Positions 12,371 through 23,024 of a DNA stretch of 38,559 nucleotides are shown here, piece after piece; the stretch's first letter is position 1, and every line of letters starts with the position of its first letter. The notes under the pieces were generated by a model, which worked only from the letters and a program-made list of their open reading frames with translations, did not search any database and was not told the DNA's origin. Location: assembly GCA_002811645.1 (NCBI GenBank), contig PDIP01000166.1, positions 1-38,559 of the forward strand, in the 5' to 3' direction. This DNA is from Corallochytrium limacisporum Hawaii (Eukaryota; Protista; Pluriformea). The position numbers were made by a program, and so were the translations under genes.

Positions 12371-15300
12371 AGTAAACATAGTATTTCCAGTTTCATTAGT
12401 CACCTTTCAGCCTTCTATTGCAGCATTCACTTTCTCATGCATGCTGGTCAGAACCCATTTGCGACTTGAGCTGTTCAAGTCTTTTGCATCTCCACACCAT
12501 GTGCCTAAAAAGATATGTGAGCACTTGGTGCCCATATGGAAATGGGTGGTGCCGATTCCCACTTCCATGTGGTTTGCAAGGTGGCTACGTGCTCCAGGTC
12601 TCAACTATGGTAGTTCAATAGAAAGTGGTTATGACCATCGAGACTCTGAACCTCTGAAACCCCCAAATGGCCTCCAAATGCAAACCCCTCTTGAACCCCT
12701 GAGGATGCTACGTCACAGGCCACAGGGATACATTATCAAAGACTACCATGTGGCACAATATCTCCGTGAAGCATTTGAGGACTAACCAACGTATCAAACA
12801 ATGGACAAGAGATGTGAATCTGGCAAGACCGTACTGTGTATCGAAGTGCGTGTGGCCACATTCAACGCGGGCAAATTGCACGGTAGGTGCCCGTTCTCGC
12901 AGTTCAACCCACCACCAACCCCCAAAGCCACCACCTCATTTGTCCGAGCCAGCGCCAGCGGGAGTCCATTTTCCCGCGTTCCCTCCCGCAGGGGGGGGTT
13001 CGCTTATTTGTTTCAATTGACGGATTGATTACTTCAGCAGTGTTCCACTGTACATAGTTACCGGTCAATGTTAGAGTTTCTGGAATTCCCGTCGCTTCCA
13101 ACTTCTTGTGCGAATCCTCTCGAACTGGGCCTGCGAATGCCGGCCCTTCCTCCCTGCAGTGAACTCTATGCCATAGATACTCATAAAGAAAAAAAAAAGG
13201 AAAGGGTCTGTCCTGATGGTTTTGGAAGACTTGGCCCATCCTCCCGTGCCGGTTGCCCGTTTCCACTATGTCCTGTTTTACCTTCCGCTTCACCAGGCCT
13301 TGCCAGTTGTTCGTTCCTTTTTCTCTCCATTTCGTGCGAAACAGCGGTGGGGGTTTACAGCCGACAAGGATCCCATTGCCCGTAAGCCTCTCCCGTCCTC
13401 CCCCCTCCCCCCCTGCAACGGTTCTCTCTCTGTCACTTCCCCGGAAAGTAACGGTTCGTGAAAAATTTGCAGAACCGGCTAATATGCATTTGCCACCCAG
13501 GGATGGCTTGTCTAGCGAGAAGATAAACCCCAGAACACAAGTGTAAGGTTCAGAGCAATTGCAGCATTTTGTAGACCACGTGAAAAATGAGCATATTAGA
13601 ATATCAGTACTTGGGCATACTAAGACAGTTGGAGCGAGCGAATTAGTATTACAGTGGCGGTAAAGCGACTGCATTAATTCAAGTCCGAAGATTGAGTACC
13701 CAAGAATGCTCTGGTTTATGAAGGATAAAGTCTGAAGCGGAGGAATGGACTCCGTTCTTTTTTTTTTTGGGTATGTTTTCTTTGTACCTAGGAAATTGCG
13801 CGCGAGCTTTCATAATTATGTTCGCCCACAAAACACCGCCAAAATTTCAATTAACGAAACCCTCCCTCCCCTCCTCAAAACCCTCTCATTTTCGTTCCTT
13901 TTGCCAGGTGTGTGCTTTATTTGATTTATTTTGATTTGATTTAAAATATATGACTTAAATATATCACTATGTGACTCATTAAAGATAACGATTTGTGATT
14001 TTTGAAAAGAATCCGAACCACTGTTGAAAGGAAGGTGTCCCTGCAGGGCCTTCACCTATGGACAAACTAATTGGGAATGAAAGTAGTACTCTGAAAGTGT
14101 AAAGGGGCTGTACTAGGTGCTCATTACTTGGGATTAGGAAAGAATTTTTGCCTTCGTCGAAACTGGGGGGCCAAGCTTCCGCTGCCGCTGCATTTGCTAT
14201 GGAAAGCCCGCACCTTACTTCCGACCAAGTGTTGTTCAACTAGCCTTCCGCCGGCACCAATTTCCTAGATATCCACCAGACGGCCAGGGATGGTAAAATA
14301 GGCCCCAGATGTGGGGTGGTGCCCATGGAAGGCCTGCAATCACAGGGGCACACCCTCGGCAGTTTGAACGCACTTGGCATGCATACGTCCACATTGGGAC
14401 GGATCTTTAGATCTGTTGTTGCCATCAACCACATGGAGCAACATGGATGCAAGTACTTCCTATCTATCCGGATAGTGACCAAATACTAATGCCCACACTC
14501 TCAAAGGGGTTTATGTACTTCCTTGATAACTTTCTCGTTTAGATGGGTTGGACGGAGTTCGTTGTGCATTCTGGTTAGAGATAGATTGATGATCTTGATC
14601 TCCCGAAACCCGCATCTAAGTATGGTTGTGAACCCACACCCCTAAGTATAGGTCACAGGTGAGGTCACCCATCCCTAAGCACGGGCGTTGTATCTCCCGT
14701 TGCAACCAGAGGGCAGAAACGCGAGTTGCAAAATAGGCCCCTGGTCTATATTGACATCGTGTTGTCCGGTGGTTGTTATGCTCTTGCGCGCGCAAGAGTC
14801 TCAGCCAGCACAGTACCCCTGTGGGTTATCATGGTCTTGACTACACGCGCCAGTGGGTACCCTCCCACTGACACCCGGAGTTTGGGAGTCCAATTTTCGC
14901 GCCCTCATGCTGGTATTTCCCGCCTGGGGTCCGAACTGGTAGGGAGGAGGAGGAGGTACACTCACAAGCGGAGCCCTGGCCCCTCAACTCCATTACTACT
15001 CGCTGCCTACAATTCTCAGACCCCCCATCCCCGGCGTCAGCGGTGCATTTCGGTGGGCGTCTTTAGCCTTTAGAGGGCGAGGAAGGGAAGGTTGCGACGC
15101 TTTCGGGGCCGGTCGGGATAAAAAGCGGAACCCGAGGCCGTGAGTACGCGACTTCGAGACTGGCTGCCACGGCTGGCTGGGGATTGTGGGGGCCGGCCGG
15201 GACGGTGAGTGTGTAGAGGGGATATTATGACCTCGGTTCACGTCAGGGGACCACTTGGGCAGTGCCCCCCGGCCCCCCCGCCGGGGGGGGGGGTTGAGAC

Positions 15301-15648
15301 TCGTTTATACGGCCGATATCACAATTTCTTAGCACTTGTGCGTTTTGTTAGAGATAAATTCCAGGTCTCCGTTTGATAATTCACTTTTGTCCAGGGAACG
15401 AGTTGATCAGTGTCTATGAGCCTGATCGGTAGGTATTGTTAATTTATACTAGGTACAAGTAGGAAGCTTCCTACCACGACGGGGTGTCCCTTGGCGTGTA
15501 GTGACCTGAAGCTGGGACAGCTGGGACAGCTTGGAAGACTGATCCCGCCCAAGCAGGAAAAACGATATCATGAGTTCAATGCACAGCGACTCTGATGGTT
15601 CTTTCTGTAAAGAGAATCTAGGCACAAAAAAGTTCCCAAATACCTAAA

Positions 15649-18600
15649 ATGGACTTCCTTGTAGCTTTGCAGCACCCCGCAAAGGAGCATTTTCCGGCCC
15701 TGCGGAGGTTGTGGGACCGGCTTCTTGACGCTTTGGGACAGCCTCCATCGTCTCGTGCGTCAAATAAATCCCTAGCGGAACTGCTCGCGAACCCCTGGGA
15801 GTGGCACAAAGCTCTCAGTGTGGCTGCCAACGACACTGTGGACTTTTTCGATGAATTGTTGCAGAATCCGGAACGGGAGGCCATATTTATTGTACTTGCG
15901 GTCATTCTCCTGGTACTGGTGCCACTGTTGATAGTTTTTTTCAATCGTCGGCGCCGAAACATGCGCAATCAAGACATTCTCAAGCGGGTCAACCCTTCTG
16001 CAACCGTATACAACGAAGAGGCCGGCACTTTCAAAGCCTTGCATGTCCTCATGCCGACTGATTTTACTCAACCCGTGTACTGCAACGTCTGTAGACAGTC
16101 TATCTTTGAGTTGGGTACGTCGACAGGTTTCCGGGGCTACCAATGCCTCGTCTGTGGCTACTCCTGTCACGAAGATAGGACTTGCCTGAGGGCGGGAGAG
16201 GCCGACGGACGGTGCAAAGGCGCCAGCATGGGCGACATCAGCACCAGCGTGATTGTTGAGGATGTCGATAGTGAGGACAACGCATGGAGCAGAATCCGTT
16301 TCCCACATCATTGGCGACAGGGGAATCCACCGTTGGGTGCATGGTGTTCAGTATGCCGCAGAGCCGGTGTTGGTGATGTGAACGCCCTGGCCGGCTACCA
16401 CTGTCTGTGGTGCCAAGCGGATGTGCACTCGGAAGGAGTGTACCTTACAGCAGAGGGTAAGCTGATGAGCGCACAACAGAGGTCATCGTCGCAGAGTCGA
16501 GTTGGCCAGCCAGACAGAGCTAATCTCAACGGTACGTCGCTGGGAGGAGCGTCGGGATCACGGGCCCGATCGCCAATCCCCGTGCCCGCTGATAGCCCGA
16601 GAATGCACGGGAGGAAGCTTGGAACCGGTGGCAAAACAGCCGCCAATCCGCAACGCAGCGTTTCTCTCGAATCCGGCCTGAGTGCAACGACCCTATCGAC
16701 AAGCACAGACCCGCAGGATAGTAGCACAGGCGCCCAAGGAGAAAGCAGCAGCAGGAGCACCGATAGAAGCGGCAATGTCAAGGAGGCTCACACCTGCTAC
16801 CATTACGTGCACGATGCCATCTGTACACTTGGCAAAAATCGTTCGTTGATCATCCCACCAGACGCGGTAGAGCCGGGGCCGGAGTTGTCGGCACAAAATG
16901 CATCGGTTTATTCCGAACTCTTGGATGAAGCACTGAGGGATAAGAATGGACTGAAGCTGCGGCACCGAAACGAAACGGTTGAAAAGTTGCGGACCCTTTG
17001 CTTTGGCAGCACGAGTGGCGGTGGGTCGATGGCATCGCTGCGAAATCTCTCGCCGTCAGCCACCAGAACTGGCAGCGCTAACGAATCGGCCAAGCAAAGG
17101 AAATCTAGGCCTGCGTCCCTTCCCTGCGCCGTACGCGCGGACTGGCTCAAACCTGACGTGCGCCCTCTGCTGGTGTTTGTCAATCCTTACAGTGGAGCTC
17201 AAGGCCGTGAGTGGGAATTGTGCCATTATTTCTACGGCCACCTTAACCCCTGCCAGGTCCTCCTCCTGAGACCGGGAACCACAACTCCCGTGGAACTGCT
17301 TGCACCGTTCTTGGCAATTCTTCATCGCTGCCGTGTGCTCATTTGCGGCGGTGACGGGACCATTGGTTGGGTTCTGAACACACTTGACGACCTCGGCTTC
17401 ACGGGCCCTAAGAAGAGCCCGTGGGTAGCGCTCTGTCCGACGGGCACCGGCAATGATCTTGCTCGCTGTCTCGGATGGGGCCGAGGACTAGCCGGTGTGG
17501 ACCTGGACACGTTGCTGCAGAGCGTCGCAGTGGCATCGAAGCAGCTTATGGATCGCTGGGCTCTGGTGACGCGTCCCTTGACGAAGCAGGACAAAGATGG
17601 AAGCTCCCACCGCCCTCGGGAAGGCAGTCCCAGCCCTATATCTCGCGAGCTCAGCGATGGAGATAGCGTCTACAGTGACGGCACGGGCGCACCCCCAACC
17701 CCAGCCATGGCTCCTGAGCCTGTGGAACACCCAGAGGACGCCGGCATCAGTGCCTTGGATGGCATTACCGAACTTATCGGGGAATCTGCACTGAAGCGGG
17801 GCAATGGTAAGGCCACAACGACGCAGATGGAGGAAGAATCGAATCTGATCGCCGCCGCGGCGGCAGTCGCCGCCGCGGCGGCACCAACGGCAGCCAAAGA
17901 GCCATCTCCGATGTCTCCAAATGGCTCAAGGTCTCTACTCCAACCCCAAACCTCGCCGAAACCCCCCAGTGCAGCGCAATCCAACAGGCGCAAAGATGGC
18001 CGTTTGATGGATAGTCCGCTGCTCAACCCGCTTGGACTGGGCCGCATTGGGCCATCGACGCCGCGCCAACACTTATCCGGTGCGCGCATTGCGGAGGAGG
18101 TTGAGGAGATGTCCAATGGCGCTGACAGAGATCCGAGGAGGGAATCGCCAATTACCCGCACCGGAGCTACCAGCGACAGCGCCCAGTCCAACAACACGGA
18201 CGGCCCAGCGTCCCGTAAGGGAAGCAACGACGACCTCAGGTTGTCTCCAGACTCTAGTGGCGTGACCGTACAGGTTACTAGCCAGGGATCGGGTCTGGTG
18301 AAGCGCTACTACAAACGTTTGGCACTCATGAACAATTACTTCAGCATCGGCGTCGATGCTGCAATCGTCAAGAATTTCCATTCCATCCGAGAGCAGTACC
18401 CGGGACTGTTCATCTCCCGCTGGCTAAACAAGATTCTCTACGGCATCGCTGGGCTGCAAGACATTATTGAAGCATCCTGCGCTGAGTTGCCCGAATATCT
18501 TGACGTGGAGATCGACGGTGTGTCCCTTCCTATGCCGGAGGGCATTCAGGGGGTCGTCTTCTTGAACATTGCCAGTTACGCAGGTGGCAAGAGACCCTAC

Positions 18601-18861
18601 CACGGCGATGGTGCCATCTCCACGGCCATGGATGATGGAGTATTTGAAGTCTTCGCCTTGATCAATTCGGCGCACACTGCACGAATTCAGGTTGGATTCG
18701 GATCAGTGGTGAAGCTTGGACAGGGCAGCCGCCTCAAGGTCACGAATCGCCGTGCCTTTCCCATGCAAGTGGATGGTGAGCCGTGGGTACAGCAGCCGTC
18801 CGTCATTCGCATGAGCAAGCATTCGACTGTGGGCATGCTCAGAAAGCAGGAGTCGGACTGA
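15649..18861 (+). CDS. DGK: Diacylglycerol kinase, DGK-epsilon-like (N-terminal TM, two C1 domains, split catalytic/accessory domain)
   Basis: 1070 aa. TM AIFIVLAVILLVLVPLLIVFF; C1A HVLMPTDF..CNVC..CLVC..CH; C1B HHWRQGN..CSVC..CLWC..VH; catalytic LVFVNPYSG, CGGDGT, GTGNDLAR; accessory MNNYFSIGVDA, NIASYAGG, DDGVFEV, MQVDGEPW. Confidence 0.95.
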   Translation: MDFLVALQHPAKEHFPALRRLWDRLLDALGQPPSSRASNKSLAELLANPWEWHKALSVAANDTVDFFDELLQNPEREAIFIVLAVILLVLVPLLIVFFNRRRRNMRNQDILKRVNPSATVYNEEAGTFKALHVLMPTDFTQPVYCNVCRQSIFELGTSTGFRGYQCLVCGYSCHEDRTCLRAGEADGRCKGASMGDISTSVIVEDVDSEDNAWSRIRFPHHWRQGNPPLGAWCSVCRRAGVGDVNALAGYHCLWCQADVHSEGVYLTAEGKLMSAQQRSSSQSRVGQPDRANLNGTSLGGASGSRARSPIPVPADSPRMHGRKLGTGGKTAANPQRSVSLESGLSATTLSTSTDPQDSSTGAQGESSSRSTDRSGNVKEAHTCYHYVHDAICTLGKNRSLIIPPDAVEPGPELSAQNASVYSELLDEALRDKNGLKLRHRNETVEKLRTLCFGSTSGGGSMASLRNLSPSATRTGSANESAKQRKSRPASLPCAVRADWLKPDVRPLLVFVNPYSGAQGREWELCHYFYGHLNPCQVLLLRPGTTTPVELLAPFLAILHRCRVLICGGDGTIGWVLNTLDDLGFTGPKKSPWVALCPTGTGNDLARCLGWGRGLAGVDLDTLLQSVAVASKQLMDRWALVTRPLTKQDKDGSSHRPREGSPSPISRELSDGDSVYSDGTGAPPTPAMAPEPVEHPEDAGISALDGITELIGESALKRGNGKATTTQMEEESNLIAAAAAVAAAAAPTAAKEPSPMSPNGSRSLLQPQTSPKPPSAAQSNRRKDGRLMDSPLLNPLGLGRIGPSTPRQHLSGARIAEEVEEMSNGADRDPRRESPITRTGATSDSAQSNNTDGPASRKGSNDDLRLSPDSSGVTVQVTSQGSGLVKRYYKRLALMNNYFSIGVDAAIVKNFHSIREQYPGLFISRWLNKILYGIAGLQDIIEASCAELPEYLDVEIDGVSLPMPEGIQGVVFLNIASYAGGKRPYHGDGAISTAMDDGVFEVFALINSAHTARIQVGFGSVVKLGQGSRLKVTNRRAFPMQVDGEPWVQQPSVIRMSKHSTVGMLRKQESD

Positions 18862-19299
18862 CGGTCCGATCTTCACTGTAACAAGGGCAAGGACTTCACT
18901 CTACCCGTTGCCGACGGGCGAGGAACGACTTCCACAGTTGCTGCTGCAGTTTTATCTCCCCCCTCTCCACCCGCCTGCCACAAAACATGAAGGTCTAATT
19001 TAATATACTTTAATCTTTGAAATGCCCCCAAAGACCTGAAATCGCTGCAAAATTAAAGGACTTATTAGGGTACCAGTTAAAATGTTAACCTTTGTTTTCT
19101 ACTGCTGAGCCCAACTGTATTTCGCAGTCTTCACCCTCAAAACTCAATATGATATACGCATATCTATGAAATTCTGCATCTCTACAAATCCCCAGGAGAA
19201 AAGGGGGGCCGGGGGATTTAACAATGAGATAGGGTATCAGTTAGCAATGTCTACTGCTGGCCCTTAAGAAAAGGAGGGGGGAGCGATCAATCCAAGCGC

Positions 19300-20830
19300 G
19301 GTGAGGGGAGCAGTGAGTGTTCCAAGGCTTCAGGGGGCCGGCCCCACCGCGAGTGCTTGCTGTCCTGCGCCTCTCTTCCGTTCCCCTACTTCGCTGTGTG
19401 CGGGCGTGACTGTACGTGTGTGTGTGTGTGTGTTCGCTTTTTGGGCCGGTGCCTCCGCGCTCTCTCTCTCTCTCCCTCTCCCCTCAACCCAGCCAGCGAC
19501 TTTGGCCCCCTTTCTCACTCTCTCGCGTGTTTTTTTTATACCCTCTTTGTTTCCGCAGGGTAGCGGTGGAGCGGTGTGTGTGTGAGTGTGTGTGTGGGTT
19601 ACTCACACTGTGAGGCCAGACCACCAACCCCCCCCCACCAAACCCAAAGTGCGGAGCAATATAAAGAACCAAAGACGGGCGGAAAATTTAGAAACGGAGG
19701 GCCCCGCCCCCCCTCCGGGGGGAGAGAGCCAAGGGAGTCCAAGTTTTCCCTTGGAGGGCCGGGGGCTGGTGTGTTCCCTAAGGCCGGCGGGGCCTCTTTT
19801 TTGATCGAACGTTGCAAAGGGCCATTGTCTCTTTTGGAATGAAAGGCAAAGGACAGCGAGAGATAGAGAGAGTGAGACACAGAGAGAGAGAGAGAGAGAG
19901 CAAGCAACTTTCCTTACCATACGTTCACAAGGGACCCTGGGGACCATAAACAAAAAAACAAAGAAAAAACAAAGAGAGAGCAACGAGGAGAACGGTGATT
20001 CCTGGCGAGTGCCATGGAGCACGAACATAAAAAATTGGAAAATAACACCATCTTTTGGCTTTCGCCGCTGGTTCACTGGGCATGGAAAATTACTTCTCCA
20101 TCACGCCCTACTTTGGGAACCACCAGTCCCCGGAGACCGTCGTCTGTCTTGGAGTTCTCTCGGTTTTCGTCCACCCTTCGCTTTGAGCTGAGCTGGGCTG
20201 AGGGGAGGGAAGGGGGGGGGTTGGGTGCACACCAGGCTCCGGTACTGGCACTACTACTACTGCGCCCCTTCTTTGATCGACACTCCACCCACCGCCGAGA
20301 GGGAATTATTTCCGGAGAGCACAGATTTTTGTACACACCGACCGCCCCCCCGGGGGGGGGGGCCGGCCCTCGTGCCCTCTCTGTTCGTTTGGCTTTTCTT
20401 CCCCTTTTCTTTTTTTTTTTTGCTGGCCCAGAAACCACCACCTCGCCCTGCTTTTGGCTCGGGTGCTCCGCAATCTGCCACCTGGGAAAAGAGGCGGACT
20501 GCGGGAGAGAGGGGTGTGCGTGTGTGTGTGTGTGCACTCACTTCTGCCTGGGGGGGCCAAGAGGCGACGGCACACACACACACACACAGAGACAAGAGAC
20601 AAAGAAGCACGCCGCCCGTCTCCTTCTCGTGCGGTGCTTTTTTTTTTTGTTTTTTTTTTTTTGGGCCTCTCTCGCTCTCTCTCCGTCGTGTGTGTGTGGT
20701 ACGGTTCTCGGGCCCAGCAGTGGCTTTGTGGGGTTGGTTTGGAGGGGGAGGAAGAAGAGTGAGGGAGAGAAGGGGAGGGGAGGGGGGGGGCCCTGTGGAA
20801 GAAACCGCTCGTTTCGCAAGTTTGTTATGG
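19300..20830. repeat. Low-complexity island of (TG)n, (GA)n, (CA)n and homopolymer runs between DGK and COX6B
   Basis: Read directly; the many overlapping ORFs translate to CVCV, THTH, FFFF and GGGG. Confidence 0.8.
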
Positions 20831-21106
20831 AGTCGTCCGGGTCGGAGTAGCTACAGTTGCTTTTGGTTCCGAAATGCCAGGTCCCCGAGCCGATTTGGAA
20901 TGGGCAGCAGGCACCGGATGCTGTGATATTAGTGTGCAGAATATATCATGATGCGATACGGAGTGTCCATTATACAGCTATTTAGGAATCCAAACAACTA
21001 AATCATGGGAAATGCTGTGGCCCCTCCCGCACCAAGCCATATATTCAAAGGGAGGATCCGCATAGATCGGGATAATATAGTTTATTCTCTAACAACATAC
21101 GCAATC

Positions 21107-21286
21107 ATGGTTGATGTTAAGCTCGAGACCGTCCAGTTTGACCCCCGGTTCCCCAACACCAACCAGACCAAGCACTGCTGGCAGAGTTACGTGGACTACC
21201 ACCGGTGCGCCATGATGAAGGGAGAGGATGCACCTCAGTGCACCAAGTTCTTCAAGACTTTCAAGTCTCTGTGCCCCAACGCATGG
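21107..21286 (+). CDS. COX6B: Cytochrome c oxidase subunit 6B, exon 1 of 2
   Basis: MVDVKLETVQFDPRFPNTNQTKHCWQSYVDYHRC...CTKFFKTFKSLCPNAW has the DPRFPNTNQ signature with Cx9C/Cx10C. It ends at TGG|GTAAGT. Confidence 0.95.
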
Positions 21287-21508
21287 GTAAGTATTTATCA
21301 ACGGATGCCTTCATTGTCGTAGTCTAGGGTTGCAATCATTTCTTTTAATTATGTCGGAATGCCTGCGGGCATAATTCAGGCAAATTTGGCGCCGATTCTG
21401 TCCGATGGGGCTATGACAATTGGGGTGTTTAGACCTGTTGTTTTTTGACCAGACATAGCTAACAGTCTCTTATCGTGTTCGCACACTTCATTTGTTCTTT
21501 ATCTACAG
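21287..21508 (+). other. COX6B: Spliceosomal intron of COX6B (222 nt, phase 0)
   Basis: GTAAGT donor, GCTAAC branch site at 21458-21463, pyrimidine tract and TACAG acceptor. Removing it restores the conserved C-terminus. Confidence 0.93.
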
Positions 21509-21565
21509 GTTGAGTCTTGGGACGAGCAGCGGGAGTCCGGTACGTTCCCTTACAAGTTTGACTAA
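21509..21565 (+). CDS. COX6B: Cytochrome c oxidase subunit 6B, exon 2 of 2 (78 aa total)
   Basis: VESWDEQRESGTFPYKFD* matches the conserved WDEQR..GTFP tail. Confidence 0.93.
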   Translation, partial: VESWDEQRESGTFPYKFD

Positions 21566-22571
21566 TTCTGTTGCCGACTGAATCTATTGAGATCCAAACA
21601 ACACTTCCACACACTGAAAGTAAACCTACTGTAGAACATCATCAACGTAAGCTTTTTAAGGTATTCCATCCGTCTTGTGTGTCCTTTTGCTTGTTATGCC
21701 ATCTTGTTTGTCGAAATTCAAACCGCATCATTATGCGAGATCATGCAGTGCATCTCAAGCAATCGTGGTCGTCATTTTTTCATACACTCAGACAGCAGCC
21801 TTTCCGAAGCTCCCTCACATTCAAACAAACACGTACTCCTGCAGCACCAAGCCAGGATCAATTTAGTTAAATGGATTAAACAGACAGTAGGGGTCCCGTT
21901 TCTTTCCCTCCCAGTATATTCACTATTAGGCCGCCCCAGCAGGGCTGGCCGCAAGAAAACCTCGTGCGAAAAAAGGGGCTGGCTAGCCCAAGGGTTGAGA
22001 GGCCCTGCCGGTGGTGGCGCAGTTGTGTGTACTGGAGCACCCCCCCCCCCCCAAGCACTGGTGGCCCGGTGGGGGTGTGCGATTCTTCGCCGGCACCTTG
22101 GAAAAAATGTGGAAACGTTGGAAGAGAGGCCCAGGGGAGGCGGCCCCCCCACCCGGGCCGTGTGTGTGTCGAGTGCCAAGCATTTTTAGTCCCAGGGAAT
22201 GGAGGGAGGAGGGGCAGGCCTCGAGGGGCGGGGAGAGGCGGGCCAGGGTGGGGAGGCAGGCCACAGGCTCCGCTGAACGGTCGGGGGTGCGCTTCATGGG
22301 ACCTGCAGCACAGACGAAATGCTTACCTTTCGCAGAACGTTAAGGAGACAGTCTTGAGATACGCAGCACCATTTCAATTCATTGAGCCACATTTGATGAA
22401 ACAATTGCAACGCATACTGCAGTTGGAATTGAAACGGGAACCGGAGAACAGATACAGAGGACAAGATAGGTACATCACGTGTGTGTTGTGCGGCTCTTAG
22501 CAGACTAATTTACGAATTTCCAATCGTTCGGTTGTTGTACATATTGTATTGGACGAATTGAAACAGAAATT

Positions 22572-23024
22572 ATGTGGCCCTTCAGCTCTTCCGAAGACGA
22601 CAGTCAGGCCTCCAACACCGCCGGTGGATTTGGTGATGAAGAAATGAAGATCGGGGACTCCGGGTATGCTGATCTCAGCGGTAGTACCAGCCTGGACTCC
22701 AGCTTCGGTGCTTCTTCTGGTGCTGGAGCGTACGGTGGTGCCCCTGCTGGTGGCTTCAGTGCTGGTGGCAGCCCAAACTCACGCAAGGAGGCCCTTATGG
22801 ATAATGTTCGTGGTCAGCTAGCAGTTGCTAACGCACAGGAGCTCCTGCAGAAGATTACTGAGAAAAGCTACAAGATGTGCGTAACCCGCCCTGGTCAGGC
22901 TCTTGATGCTGGCGAGCGTCAGTGTATTGCTAAGGCCATGGATCGCTACATGGAGGCCTGGAACCTGGTCAGCCGTGCATACGCTACCCGTCTGCAGCGT
23001 GACAGCCGTGGTATGCAGCAGTAA
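22572..23024 (+). CDS. TIM13: Mitochondrial intermembrane-space small Tim chaperone Tim13
   Basis: QLAVANAQELLQKITEK...MDRYMEAWNLVSRAYATRLQR is the Tim13 signature. There is a Gly/Ser-rich N-terminal extension, and only two of the four motif Cys remain. Confidence 0.92.
   Translation: MWPFSSSEDDSQASNTAGGFGDEEMKIGDSGYADLSGSTSLDSSFGASSGAGAYGGAPAGGFSAGGSPNSRKEALMDNVRGQLAVANAQELLQKITEKSYKMCVTRPGQALDAGERQCIAKAMDRYMEAWNLVSRAYATRLQRDSRGMQQ

Noticed and set aside
12801-13028. RVATFNAGKL resembling the start of a non-LTR retroelement APE endonuclease
   Set aside because: No downstream QE, GDFN or SDH motifs and no reverse transcriptase nearby.
15618-18675. Antisense and alternate-frame ORFs within DGK (likewise within PIN-like, SDR and orphan genes)
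   Set aside because: They are shadows of the real coding frame.
19301-20926. Many overlapping ORFs up to 278 aa
   Set aside because: Low-complexity DNA poor in stop codons, with no domain signal in any frame.
21005-21322. Unspliced 105-aa COX6B ORF
   Set aside because: It reads into the intron and lacks the conserved WDEQR tail found in exon 2.
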